Part shown: in pieces, positions 37,257 to 50,310 of the stretch
Layout of the letters: each line of letters begins with the position of its first letter
Numbering within the stretch: the stretch's first letter is position 1
DNA from: Amoebophrya sp. A120
Lineage: Eukaryota > Protista > Dinoflagellata
Reading direction: 5' to 3'
Assembly: GCA_905178155.1 (NCBI GenBank)
Contig: CAJINV010000002.1
Coordinates: 5,802,859 to 5,866,858, forward strand
Length of the DNA: 64,000 bases
The notes under the pieces: generated by a model
What the model was told of the DNA's origin: nothing
What the model saw: only the letters and a program-made list of their open reading frames with translations
Databases searched by the model: none
Position numbers and translations under genes: made by a program

Positions 37257-40200
37257 TTAAAAGTCTGCATCCCACTGGAACTGCTTGCGCACCCAGTTAA
37301 AGTCACAGAATGTATACAGGTCGAAATAAAAACAAGTGTCGCAGTTCGTTGCACAGTTTTGCAAATTTGTATTTCGCAACACACACGACAGGGAGGTCTC
37401 CTGCATGACAGGAAAAATTTTCTGCAATCCATGCGGAGAGATCAGGAGGGAATAAAACATCAACAAAATTTTCAGTTGTCTCCTGAGCACTATGCCGATA
37501 ATGTCCTCGAGCATATCCATAAAAAATTCACATCAGAGGTTGTCTATCTTGCCTCTGTCTTCTGCAAAGAAGCAGAGCGTAGCGACGTTGACACTGATTA
37601 TATATTATTTCTCTGGATAGTTGGACAAGTGCCCGCAGTACCCCGTGTTTGGACTGTGCGGTCGGGAGCAACGATCCTCGCCATCAAACATGTCATAGCC
37701 GTTGTCGCCAGAATCTTTGCCTTGGCACGACTCCGGCACAAAGAAATTAATCTGCAACTGGGTCGGCGTTTTAGATAATCCACAACCTGAATCGTCACAG
37801 TTCCTATCCGAGTGCAAAACTGGAACTTCGTTCCACCCTCGGCCAGCATTCATAAAAATCAGTATTAAAGTATCAAATCAAAAAATAGACGAAGACGCAC
37901 ATCTTCCATGATCCACAGCAGTTTCACAGGCGGTCAACATCTTGACACAGCTGCAAGTTCTGCATCACAGTAGGTTCCGATGCTGGACGGCAGTGCGGCT
38001 GTCTCGTGACTTCCTGGAACCTTGCTGAAGATGAAACTTCTCATGTGTATACATAGAACGAGGCTAGAAAAATTATTTGGCGTTTTTTTTTTTGCATGAC
38101 AAAAAATTTGAGGGGGACGAGTTGAAACCCTTCTTGTGCTGCAGTTTGGTAAGTCCAGTCGCGGTCGGACCACGCGCTGCTTTCGCTCCGGAACCCTCCA
38201 ACGAAGCGCACACACGTGGCGTACGCCAGAGCCCGGGCCGGGTCTGGGGCCACATATGCATTGCAAACATGTGCTCGGTAGAGCTCGCGAGGACTAACAT
38301 GTGATATTATTTGTCCTGCATAATTCCTGCAAGATGCTCACTGAGCACCACGAAAAGGGGCGAAAAAAACTTGTCATGCTGGGCAGCGGCCCATACTGGA
38401 AGTGGTTCAACCATCTAGACGAGTTCAGCATTACATATTCTTTTGCAATTCATCATCAATATTTGCATTGCATACCGCCACCGCAGAAACGAAATCTGCA
38501 AAAGAGCCGAACCACGCGGGCTGCGGGGCGACGGACGGGATATCGTCTCTACCATCCTTGGACTGCCCTGCACCTTCCTGCGACGAAGTTCCCATGTCTT
38601 GGATCATCTTCCTGCCAGCGTGCTCCGCATCGGCAACACCATCCGTGGCCTCCAGGGCGTGCAGTTTCTTTCCCAGGTAGCTGTATCGCGGACTGCCGGG
38701 ATTCAGTTCCTGCACAAAAAACCAGGTGATGGAATCCAGCATCTTTTCCGTGTCCCGTGGAAAAATAGACCTAGCATGTGGCCTCGGTTGTAGTAGTCCT
38801 CTAGCTTCTGCTTCTAGTCGGAAGAAAGAGAAACATAACTACGCGTCAGAACAAAAAATACAATTGCACTCCTGCGTGCTTTTCTTTCAGCGGAACGAGA
38901 AATGGGTGAAAAAAAGTAGCCAAAAACGTGCAACAAGAGCTACACTTCATGCTGCGAATAGTACTTATCCGCCCAGTCACCTACATGTAGGTGGGTCCTC
39001 CACCTCTCCTCCCTGTGACGATGCGTCTTCCGATATTATATTTCAACATGAATCTTGAAAACATTTTCGCATTTGCATTCCGAGACATCAACACGCTGTA
39101 GCCTTTTTCTCCCTTGGATATGCCTCCGCAATGGCAAGCTGTTCCTCCCGCACGCTTCCCTCCGAGTGGTACAGCCCGACAAAGTAGTTCGCACACACGT
39201 GCATATCTTGATACAAAGAAGATCCCTGCAGCTGATCCCCAACCAGCGTCGCCGCCCGAGTCGCCCACTCCGGCAGAAGCTTCAAATTGATGTTCCGAAA
39301 TATTAACTGCTGCTCCTCTTGTTCCAAAAACGATTCAGTTTGCGGAGGACACGGCGTGTCAGTTTCTCCGGGGGCCGCATCATCCTTAGCATTTCCACAG
39401 TTCATCTGGTGTTTCTGCAGCTGCAGGTGTTCGAAAAGTTTCTTCAGGTCGTCGTGAGCCAGCCCAGATTGTTGCTCCTCGAAAGAAGATGAAGTAGAAG
39501 AAGCAGTTGTGCTGCTCCTGCTTCGCGTGTTTGGTTTTGTCGCTTGTTGTTCGAATAAATCGTGAGCGCAAAATCGCTCCACCTCCCGCACTGCGTCCAG
39601 CTGCACGGTTGCGTCCTGCATCAACTCCTTGACCTGCACGATGAAATATCCCATTTCTCGGCCGAGGTCGCTTCGTGCGGTCCGGTACAGCTTCTCCTGC
39701 AACAGAGCGCGGAAGCGGTCGTACTTCTGCATGACGTCGGGGTGATACAGCCAGTTTTGCCACTGCCGCTGGTCCTCGTGCGCAGCGACACCGCTCGCAA
39801 CTGCTACTGCACTGGTGGTATCTACGACCGGAGAAGTGGCGGCGCTCCTAGGCATCATCTCCACAACATCCATGCCGGCGGCAAGGTACGGACCACTGCC
39901 GATAAGAGCCGCCGCCGCCAGAAACGGGACAACGCCTTTTCGCGTCCAAGTCGTGACAGCATGATCTTGAATTTGATGTTGTTCTACGCTGGTTTCACCG
40001 GTGCCCAAGTTTTGGTGCGCCTTCTTTTTATTGGGCATTTTGAGTTTCCCACTGTCACGGTCGTGCCCATATCAAATGCAAAAATGTCTGGGTCTGGAAG
40101 ATTAAAACTTGTCATGCTAAATCTGAATGATGCAAAAATCTGTGTTGCGTGAGTACCAAAAGCTGTCCGCTTTTGAACAAGTTGACAGGGAGTCTCTCAT

Positions 40201-40764
40201 GCAGGAAAGGCATGATAGAGACCTCAAAGAATCTGTCATGCTGGGTCTCGCATTCCAGACCTCATGGGTCATGGAAAGCCTGCATCACAAATCTTGCATT
40301 CTTCCAGACCCAGACATTTTTGCAATCCATAGCCCACCAGTGCCCTTGTCGTCGAACCGCTTGAGGAACTATCAAATGTAAAAATGTCTGGGTCTGGAAG
40401 ATTGCCAGGTTTGTCATGCACATTTTGCATGACTCCTGATGTCTGTGATGCATGTCCTAGCATCACTGATTTTGTGAGGGCTTCCTGATACCTATACCGC
40501 ATGACAGATGCTCTTTCCGTGTCGCAAAACTTGGAATCTCTTTGCTGCTCATGCAATACAGATTTTTTTAGAATCCAAAATCAGCATGACAAGTTGGATT
40601 CTTCCAGACCCAGACATTTTTGCATTTGATAGGAACTTCTGCCCGAGCCCCGTCGGGCGCACGGTCTTTGACGAGGACCCAGAAAATGCTTTCGCGGAAG
40701 CCTCCAGGGCGAAGGCAGCTTGCACGGTGGCAGTGCCGAGAAGGGCAGAGAAAAATTTCCCCAT
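37257..40764 (-). CDS. Hypothetical secreted/membrane protein (~591 aa)
   Basis: Exons 40764-40632, 40364-40332, 40064-39121, 38745-38475, 38249-38152, 37865-37620, 37307-37257 total 1776 nt in frame; signal peptide MGKFFSALLGTATVQAAFA; last four introns are degenerate elements. Confidence 0.7.
37313..37619. mobile_element. Degenerate introner
   Basis: Weak TIR TATACAGG/CTCTGGATA; DR GAATG/GTTGG; in-frame join. Confidence 0.6.
37871..38151. mobile_element. Highly degenerate introner
   Basis: TATCAAA/TTTGGTA ends; DR lost; the +5 rule still gives the in-frame join RDWT-ILIFMN. Confidence 0.5.
38255..38474. mobile_element. Degenerate introner
   Basis: TATGCATTGCAAA/TTTGCATTGCATA; DR CCACA/CCGCC. 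Confidence 0.75.
38751..39120. mobile_element. Degenerate introner
   Basis: Weak TIR; DR TTCCG/TGCCT; join AEA-KMLDS. Confidence 0.6.
40070..40331. mobile_element. Introner, family A
   Basis: Exact DR GCCCA. Confidence 0.9.
40370..40631. mobile_element. Introner, family A
   Basis: Exact DR GGAAC. Confidence 0.9.
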
Positions 40765-42088
40765 CTTCGTCTTCCCGATGAGCTGGTAAGAATGAGAGGG
40801 AGCGCTTTGATGCTCGGCCAAATAAATTACTATAAGCGAGGACGCGGCTTCTTCTGCTTGTCGACCTACTTTTGCTAAAACCCCAAGCACGACACGGTGG
40901 CACAATTGAATTTCTAGAACAGAAAATGTGATAACTTATTTGGATTTGGTAAGATCAGAGAGAGTATAAAAAATAGCACAGACAGCAGCCAACCTGTTTT
41001 TTTCGGCAGCTGCGTATCTCAGCAAATTACCACGATGACCTGTGCGGGATTTATTATAGTTCTTTTTGCAACAATGATAAATATAAATTCAATTGCTTGC
41101 GCTTCTTGGAAAAAATGTTCAAGAGGAGACAGCACCAGAAGAACGAAATAGGGGGTCACTTTCTTGCTTTCTTCACTGGTGCTCTTGTGCCGCCACATGC
41201 TTAGAGGACGTGACCCGACACACAAATATTTTACACTAGGCGGCAGATGAATACGAGTCTTGACGAAGAAGATCAGACACAGGAGTTCTTTAATAGACCA
41301 TAATATATCAGATACTTCTACCTCAAAAAGCGGATCTTCCTTCAAATCACGAAGTTCCTCCCCTTTTGCGTCCTTTATCCGATCACGACCATCTTAGTAG
41401 GGGCGGCCTCCAACAAGCAGCGCGCTATCCTATGCAATTATATCAACCTAGAAATAGATAAAAGATCTTCGATGAACATCTGTGCGAGGAGAGAGTACTA
41501 TACACTAGATCTTCTTGTTGGCGTCACCACTTCCTTTCGTGTATCATGTCGATGCACTTTTTTGATCGCGAAGAGCTAGGTTGTGATGATCGTGTAAGTA
41601 CAAGAAAAGCAAGCCGGGAGTGTAGCAGCAGCTGTTTTGATATTATCATATGCTCATGAAGATCGTCGTGATGTTCGGCTTCGGTGTATCCAATCTCTTC
41701 CATGCCTTTCCCTGCCAAAAGAACAATTGAATCTGATCCTTTGAACGTACCACCAAAACAAGCCCGAACACAGAATTTCCACTGTCACACGGTGACTCCG
41801 CTGCTTGAAAATAATCCTTCGTTTGCTTTTGGTTTCCCACATCACATTTGACTGGAAAGCTTTATTTCTACGAAGATGAAGCTGTACTTATTCTCTCCGG
41901 CAAAAATAAATCGCAGCGAATTTCTAGATAGACATGAATACATCAATGTGGGTCATTAGAATCAGGGAATGCAATGATCATGGGAATGCGTAGGAAATCT
42001 ACTTGAAAATGAAGCTTAAGTATGTTGCAAACGAGTAAAGAAGTTTTAATTCGTTAGCTGGGCCAACAGTTCACACATTCGAATTGAC

Positions 42089-42174
42089 GTTGTTTTTTTG
42101 CATCGCGCAGCTACACAACGAAAGCTGTGGTTGTTTTTTTGCATCGCACAGCTACACCACGAAAGCTGTGGTTG
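42089..42174. repeat. 41-bp tandem duplication (intergenic)
   Basis: GTTGTTTTTTTGCATCGCRCAGCTACACMACGAAAGCTGTG x2. Confidence 0.85.
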
Positions 42175-42456
42175 AAAGCACTTGTAGGAAATGGCCTAAA
42201 CCTAGATCCGTTTCCTGACGCTTGTCATGCACTGAAAATCGTTTACAACTAAGTACATGTGTTTTTATAGGAGTTCTCTAATTTATGCAACATGATCATT
42301 AATTACTGTGCCAGAAGGCACCAGATGAAGCAGCGTTTGAATTCAATATCAATGCAGCAATTCCTCCAAAAACAAAATCAAAACGCGAACTTTGTGATAA
42401 AAAGGGTAGATGTGATGTGACAGCAACGCCAACTACTTCCTATGATAAAAGCAACT

Positions 42457-45400
42457 CTAACTTTCTACTTTCAGAGGACGAAACATAGCGTCGCCGTCGT
42501 CCGCGCCAAAGTAGTACGCTCCCGCTGCTCGACCTCTAGCGGAGACTCGCGCCACTGCCTGCGCCGCCTCCGCTTCACTCGCGAAGAATTCCGGAGACGT
42601 CTGCAGCACGCCGCGAATCGGCCGGGGCTTTTGCGCAAAATTGTCATTGATCTTCAAATCTTTCCATTCCGGGAAAATTTTCGGCTTCGACTGCTTTGTG
42701 TCGAAAGTTCCCTCGCTGGGGAAAGTTTCTTTCCAAACTAGGACCTTCTCAATGAGCCGCGTCGCTTCCTTCTCTTGCACCAGCTCAGGTTCTTGTTGAC
42801 CGTGATCTGCTGCTGCTGTTGTGGTGCTGTTGGTCGTCGTGAAAAAGCGGAAAAAGGAGTTCAGGCCGCTGTGTTCTTCCTCTTTCTGGGACACCGGGGT
42901 GAGAACCGCCAACGGGGTCGTGTGGTACGTGTTCCGATTGTACTGCGCATTGTAGTAGACGACTTGCAGTTGCAGCTCCTTCAGGTACGGCTTGCAGTAC
43001 TGCTTCGCCTGCTTCTTCTCCTTCTCAATCCGCGCTTGCCTCGTGTTCGGAGAGAGGTTTTCCTGCTCGTAAAAGTTTTCCGTTTCACCTGCAGTTCCCG
43101 TCTGCGGCGGCAAGACGGAAAAGACGAACCGGGCGTCGAAATAGACGTTCAGGATGGTTTTGTTCTGGGTTTTATTCTGATTAAAAACGTCCCCACACCA
43201 GAGTCAACATGAGAAATCTGCTAGACAAATCAGCCAGCCTTGGTTGTCTGGCATGACAAGTTTGTCCTCGTAGTGTAATGCTGTTTAGCTAGTTCAGAAG
43301 CATCACAGGTCTAGCATAGCATTCTGATTCTGGCATCACAAATTCTAAAACACGAATAGAAAATGCTTCTCATAGGGCTCCGCATGAGAAACTTTTTTGG
43401 CATGCAGAATTGCATGACAACTCTGGGGTGGGGACGTTTTTACTCAGAATAGGTTTGCAACACGCCGACCGGCATGCGGTAGGCCGCGGAGTAACTCAGC
43501 AGATCGTCCGAGGCCTGGTACTCGTGGACGTCTTATCAACTGCAAAAGTGTCTGGGTCTGGAAACTTGTAATGCTGCGCTGGGAATATTGAGTGCTCTGC
43601 AATGCACAGGCAAGTATGAGAAATTGTTGCGTTTTTCGCATGACAGACTGCGTTTTTGCATGACATTGGCAGGCCAAAGGGTCTCTTCTTGGACACGCAT
43701 CACAAACTTTTTGGCCATGCCAGACAAGCATGACAAATCTCGCAATCTTCCAGACCCAGACATTTTTGCATTTGATACGTCTTTTTTCGATAAATTCGTC
43801 GGGGGCAGCAGCTCGAAGGGAATGACATTGTTGAAGTCTCTCAGCTATGCATTGCAAAAGTATCGCACTCGTACTAATCGCAGCCACGCATTACAAATCT
43901 ACTAACCAAGGGAAATCCGCATTACAAATTACATTTGTAAAAATGCTGAGCCAATTTGTAATGCAATTTATACTAGTACGATACTTTTGCAGTTCATATC
44001 AGCCGGTTTTCGCATAAAAATTTCAGCTCCTTCAGATTGTTTTGTTTCTCGTCTTCCGTCCGGACCAAATCCGGCTTTTCCTGGTTTTCACAGTAGACCG
44101 CCAAGCCCTGCCACAGCTCCTGCATCAACTCGCTGGACTTGGCAAGGAGCGGAAACTCGTACTTCTTCAGGAACTGCCTGTGCTTCGCAGCGTCCTCTTC
44201 GGAATGAAGAGTGTCAGCAGGTCGTTGATCATGTCGTGGTTGATTCAACGATTGTTGCCCTGGCTGTAGTTGCTCGGACTGGCGCAACGCAGCGGCTGGT
44301 GCAACGGCGGAAACGTCAATATCTGTTACACGCCTTGTTGTGCTGTTGCTTGCAGATCGAGACGTTCTTGAAAAGGGACCTCTAGCAGCTGCTCCAGGGG
44401 TCGTAGTGCCTGCACGAGTTGTAGAATTTCCACGACGCCCGCTGGTTCCTGCTGCACTCGTCGTCCCTGCCCGACTAGTGCTTCTACTTTCCCGGCGGGG
44501 ACCACTCTGACTCGCACCAGCACCTTCTGCAACTCTGCTGCTGCTGGAGCTACGGCTGGGGTACGTGACATAATTGTAGTTCTCCCCGTACGCAGAACTC
44601 GAAGCAGCTCCGGCACTACTTCTAGATGAAGCTGCAACCTCGCCCGCACTTGCTCGTGGTCCACCTCCTGCTCCTCTACTGAGTGCCCCACTGCTGCTGC
44701 TACGAGTTGCTGCACCAGCTCTTGTCACAGCAGCGCTACTTTGGGTCGACGTGGTGCTCAACATCGTCGTCTGCTGCGCAGAAGTCCCGTTAAAAAATCG
44801 GGTTCGTGCTGCGGCGGCGAGGGACGACCCGGATCTGGTGGAAGGGGAACTACCACGACTGGGAAGAAGATGGTCAAGAGCACCTGTACTTCTACCCCGC
44901 ATGTTCATGTTAAACTCATCATACGCGACCGCGGCCTCCAGCTCGCGTTGCTTTTCGAACAGCACCATCCTTGACACAATCGTCGCAAATTCCGCCAACG
45001 TCAGCCACAAAGACCCCCTGTTGTTCGGAATCGAGGGCCGGATCACTTCCGCGACCAGCACGCTGTCGTGTCCCGGGTCGAAAAAGTTGTTTTTCAATAA
45101 GGAGACCAGGGACAAATCCACCTGCTTGACGTAGAGGGTGTAGTATCAAATGCAAATATGACTGGGTCTGGAGGCATGCCCTTGTTTGTCATGCATCTTT
45201 TGGACTATGCACATGGTCTGTAAAAATGCACGCAAAAGCATTACAGGTTTTGCGCAGGCCTTCTGATACCTATCCTGCATGGGAAATTCCCAATTTGCCT
45301 AGCACGAAATGGGCAGCTTTTGGCGATCATGCAATACAAATTTTTGCCTGTTCCAGAATCCGCATCACAAGTTCCAACCTTCCAGACCCAGACATATTTG

Positions 45401-46301
45401 CAATGCATATGTAGAAATTCTGCTCCATCAACTGATTCAACTCCCGCCTCGTGCGGCTCGCCATCACTTGATCAGCGACGTTCATGGGGTTCTCCGCAAA
45501 GGGGAACTTCAGCTCCAAGTCCCGAATTTCCTCCCAGGAAAGGCGGAGTAAATCGTGGTACTTCACCTCGCCGCCTGTTGGGTTCATGTTTTTGTACAAG
45601 AGCTGGCAGTTCCGGGGGTCGTACCCCTTGATCCGCTTCTGTAATAGTCGGTCTAAATTCTTGATTTTCTGGTAAAAGTTTTCCGCGTTCCGGGCCTGGG
45701 CGGTAATCAGGTTGGACCTGGACGAGGTCGCAGCTGCGTCTCCACTACCGGAGGACCTCCGTCTTGCCTGTTCCACTGCGGACGGAAACGGAAAGCCGTG
45801 TGCCATGAAAACTTGCTCAGGTTCGGACCGAAATGTCACCGTGTTTTGCCAGTAGATGCCCTCGGCGTCCGGAATCACATCTTCCACGACCTCCCTTTCT
45901 TTCACAATCGTGTAGGTCCGAGATTGGTCGTCGAAATTTTTGATCTGTAAGTGCCACCCGAGCGGGCGAGTCGGACTGGCGTCCGGGTCGCGGAAGGTGT
46001 TCAGTTCGCCGACGAGGGGCTGTTCGTAGTCCGCGTCGACGATGGGAAACGCGAACTGGTTGATCACGTCCCCCATGGTGGGCGCGTCCGGGATCGGAGC
46101 GCCTGTAGCCGCATCAGTGATCACCAGGTCCGGCTGGGCCTCTTTCAGTTTCAACTGGAATGCGGAAACAGGCTCTGTGGAGAGACTCACCGCCAGAAAA
46201 CCGGCAAACAGAACGGTTTTGCGGCATTTAGAGGACGACACAGAGGACATGACGGATGTGGAGAACATATCTTTTTGTTTTAGAACGAATGTACTAGTCA
46301 T
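42457..46301 (-). CDS. Hypothetical protein (~960 aa) with signal-peptide-like N-terminus
   Basis: Exons 46301-45410, 45138-43999, 43840-43778, 43528-43452, 43167-42457 total 2883 nt in frame. Confidence 0.8.
43173..43451. mobile_element. Introner, family D
   Basis: Exact DR GGTTT. Confidence 0.9.
43534..43777. mobile_element. Introner, family A
   Basis: Exact DR CGTCT. Confidence 0.9.
43846..43998. mobile_element. Introner, family H
   Basis: Exact DR TCAGC. Confidence 0.9.
45144..45409. mobile_element. Introner, family A
   Basis: Exact DR TGTAG. Confidence 0.9.
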
Positions 46302-48149
46302 AAAAACAAGTTTTGGACGATTGGATGAAGTACTAAAAGCGGACCCCAGTAGTTAGTTTTTCTCCGCCCAAGAAAAAGAACAGTACCCAATTTTTGGGAA
46401 GAGATTGCGATAACAAAATCCCCGAATTATGTCAGAAGAAATAGATAGCCAGAGTATGCAATGGACAGCTGAATACGCGTGCAGAGAGGACCACAGTGGA
46501 CGTACAAGGCGATGCAGGAATGTGACGAATTTGCAGAGGACACGACTCGAATAGTTTAGTGTGAACTTCTTTACGAGGATCGTGTAATAGTATATGCAGA
46601 TGCAATTGATCTTTATCCTGTTGTGGTTTGAAGTTCGCGGTTGTTGGTAACAAGATCGACATCTTATTATCAGCACCAGTTGCCGCTGATCGCATTGTTC
46701 CGTATTAAGATCTCCCTTCTGATCCCTCTACTTTTGCAATCCGATTTAACACAGATCAAACAGATGCACATCGCAATTGTCACCGATACCGACTCGATCT
46801 CGAGCATTTAAGAATTACTAGCGTTAGTAACCAGGTGGCACCAGACCCAACTGGCATAACCGATGTGCTGTGTTGAGACTCTCCATCGCAGGATCTGGAT
46901 CTTTCCTCGGGCCGATTTTATATGGCCTTCGACCTTCCGCTGTGCTCCACTGATTGTTCTCAGTTCTTTTCCTATAATACAAATACAACATAAGACAGAG
47001 CTGGGCTTTCTGTGTAGTGCACGGAGGTGGGAGACGGTGCCATGTAGTTATATCACGTGCGTCAACGCCATGATCTGTTCTGAAGCTCAAGTTTGTGATC
47101 TTGGATTTATTTGTGCTTTCTCTGGGATGGTTGTGATCCGTGACTCGTACTACTCCGACGAACACGTACGAGGTTTTTCACCCTTACCTGACCGAGCGTA
47201 CGCACGAGTTGCATAACCGCTCTCGAGCGGGCCTACAGTTCGTTTTTCGAAGAACGGAGTAGTTGTAAAGCAGCTTTTTCACGACCAGCTTATACGTCTT
47301 TGGCTCGTTTTTTGAGGTACTCAGTCGGGATATGGAAGTGTAAGTAAAATGGTTTGCGAAGAGGGTTCAAACATTCGGGTTGTTTTCAGCAATTTTGGTT
47401 TCATTGGTTTCGCAACTGTGATTTGAGGCGGTAGGAGTTTCGTTCGAATGGGTGTTGGGGGTAGAACGCCGGCTGCACATGAGAATAATGCGCAGCTCGA
47501 GAGAATTATTGCTAATTGCAATTGCTACCATATCAGAAGAATCTGACTCAGAAGAATCGGACGCGCCTGTAACTATTCCAAGATTTGATGTTCTCGAAAT
47601 TTGCAAGTAGCATTACATCTTACGCTTTACCATTCTCGAACAAGCTTCGTCGTCTCGATAGTTTTTCATTTTTTAGTGCAACCATCTCATGTAAAAAGAA
47701 ATTGAAATTCGCATCAGATGACCGCTCGCGGGCGCGCATGAGACGACTGCCTACGCTCGGTCAAAATCCACTAAGGTTTGACATACTTAAGTACTTATCT
47801 TTGTGTACACTCAGCCAGTAGTACAGCAACCATTTCCGCCTTGCTTACATACTTAGCCCCTCGATGACAAAAATATTATGGCGGCTTCTCAGTGAGTCCT
47901 GTGGCCTGTTCCGGTAGCTCCTCTGTCATCATTACACGTACAATGCCACTCTTGTGGCAGGAGATGAAGTGACAAAGGTAATTACGTGTGAAGCCAGAGA
48001 TGAGAGTTGCAGCTACTGGGTAAAATAACTGTTTCACTCCCAGAAGTCTGCTAGCGCGAATGGACTTCTGAAACAACCTGTGTTGATTGATCATTACTTG
48101 TGTTGGTCCGCATAAAGGTAAATCCATAAAAGCTTTCGATTCAATTGTA

Positions 48150-48613
48150 AGAATAAGGTAACAAGGAGCTTAGACGTGACCGGGGGGGTCACGTCCGTCC
48201 GTCCGGCCGGACGGACGGCACGTGACCGGGGGTCGGTCGTGGCGCGCGGACGTGGTGGCCGCTGGAGCAAGACAACCGCCGGCCTCGGCCTCGCGACCGG
48301 GGCCGGAGCATTGGGAGGATTCGCGCCCTTTTTTCGTGAAGGCCGAACTCATGACCTTTTTTTTTTTTAGTTGGGCGCCCGATCTAGCTGACGGCCCCCG
48401 GCGGCGTGACCGGGGGGCGGAGCGTGGCCAACAGAGGCGCTTCTTCAGTGACATGCCGAGCTCATGACCTTTTTTTTTTAAGTTGCCCGGGCGCGCGCGT
48501 CGCAGCGGCCACCACGTCCGCGCGCCACGACCGACCCCCGGTCACGTGCCGTCCGTCCGGCCGGCCGGACGTGACCCCCCCGGTCACGTCCAGGCTCCTT
48601 GTTACCTTATTCT
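48150..48613. mobile_element. Intergenic GC-rich MITE-like element with ~115-bp TIRs
   Basis: AGAATAAGGTAACAAGGAGC...GCTCCTTGTTACCTTATTCT; internal CGTGACCGGGGG subrepeats; possible TA duplication at 48154-55 and 48608-09. Confidence 0.85.
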
Positions 48614-48888
48614 GATGATGATGTTGGCAGTGTGCCCTTTAGCGGACTGCTGCGTGCTACTCCCTCCTCCAGCCCGAGAGCAGCTGAACGCCGATCCTCT
48701 ATGGCGAACAGTTGATCTATACCTTAAGGGCGCGGCTGTTATGAGGCTAGGTTTTTCCGGACTTGGGTGTGGGCCTCACACTCACACACGTCGTTCAGAG
48801 GGGACCAAAAACGCACACACTGTAGCACTCTGCATTAGTGTAGGGCGAAAAATAAATACTATTTAGCAGTGTCTAATGATCTTCTTCC

Positions 48889-50310
48889 TTAGGCGATGTA
48901 GTTGTCGACGCCTCCCTCCTTGTTAAACTCGCCCACACCCTCCATGGTGGGGGTGAGCCCCTTCTTGCCCAACTTCCACTGGGCCGGGCACACCTGCTTC
49001 TTGCCCTCCGCAATGGACTATCAAGTGTAACAGTGTCTGGGTCTGGAACATTTCTAGATTTGTCATGCATATTTCCATGACCCATGATGTCTGTGATGCA
49101 TGCCGTAGCATCACAGATTTTTAGAGCGCTTCCTCATACCTATTCCGCATGACAAATGCCATCTCCGTGGAGCACAAAATCTACTCCTCTTACTGGTCAT
49201 GCAATACAAATGTTTTTCGAATCCAGAGACAGCATCACAAGTTTAGATTCTTCCAGACCCAGACATTTTTACATTTGATATGGACTTCTCGTGGAACTGC
49301 AACGCGTCCAACAGACGCAGCGGCTCGTCCAAGTTGCCTGTAGTTGTGATGCAGTCACGCATTACAAATTTTTTTCTTAAGGCAAGTTCGCATATACAAA
49401 ATGCATTTCTCATGCTGAGGAAATTTGTAATGCATTTATACGAGTACGATACTTTTGCAGTTCATATATTTTTCAGTTGTTTCGCAAAAGCATCGCTCTC
49501 GCACCGGGAGGAACTACGACATTCGTCTAAATTTCTCACAAGATGTTGGACAAAAAATGGAGTTTGCCATACTGAAAAAAACCACACAGATGAACGGTCT
49601 ATCTGTTATGCAATATGCCAGTCAACAGGAGCTAAGCCTAAATCTAATAAATTCAAATACGGCCCAGGGGATCGCAGTTCTTGCTCTCCGCACGGACGAT
49701 GCCCTCCTTGTCGATGAGGAACACACCCCGGGCGCAGAGGCCATCACCCTGCAAAACGTCGTAGGCGGCGGCGATCTCCTTCGTTTTGTCCCCGATCATG
49801 GGATACCTGTGACAAGGGTTTTCACATAAAATTCGTTGCATCATTTTTTTTTGTCCACCACCACTGCTGCTTCGCTATGCCTTTGGCTGGTGCACTCCAC
49901 AACCATAGTTCATCAAGGCAGATCTTTTATCTTTTTTTTCGAGCAGGCATCATTAAGGGCGCTTCTTTATACCATGCCATAAAAAAAATATCTTAAGCAG
50001 AGGTCAAAAATTTTTAGTACTGGATGTCACAGCCGAGTCCTCCGAGCTCCTTGGGCAGCAGCTTCCACCCCTTGTGTGCGTGGTGGGTGTCCGTGGAGAC
50101 GCCCAAGATTTCGCATCCGCGCTTCTGGAACTCCGGGAGCAGCTTGTTGAAGCCCGGCACCTCGGAGGCGCACACGAAGGTAAAGTCCGCGGGCCAGAAG
50201 AAGACAATCACATACTTCCCCTTGTAACTGGACAGCGTCACCTCCTGAAAACTGTTGTCCGGCATGCAAGCCAGGCAGGTGAAATCCGGAGCGGCCTGAT
50301 CGATCAACAT
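48889..50310 (-). CDS. Typical 2-Cys peroxiredoxin (AhpC/Prx1 class), 205 aa
   Basis: Exons 50310-50021, 49806-49661, 49337-49281, 49013-48889; FFWPADFTFVCASE, GGLG, RGVFLID, GRNLDEPLRLLDALQ, VCPAQWK; two GT-AG introns plus one introner. Confidence 0.95.
49019..49280. mobile_element. Introner, family A
   Basis: Exact DR TGGAC. Confidence 0.9.
49347..49466. mobile_element. Truncated family-H introner inside GT-AG intron 49338-49660
   Basis: Matches the body and right TIR of the 35646 copy; left TIR absent. Confidence 0.75.
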
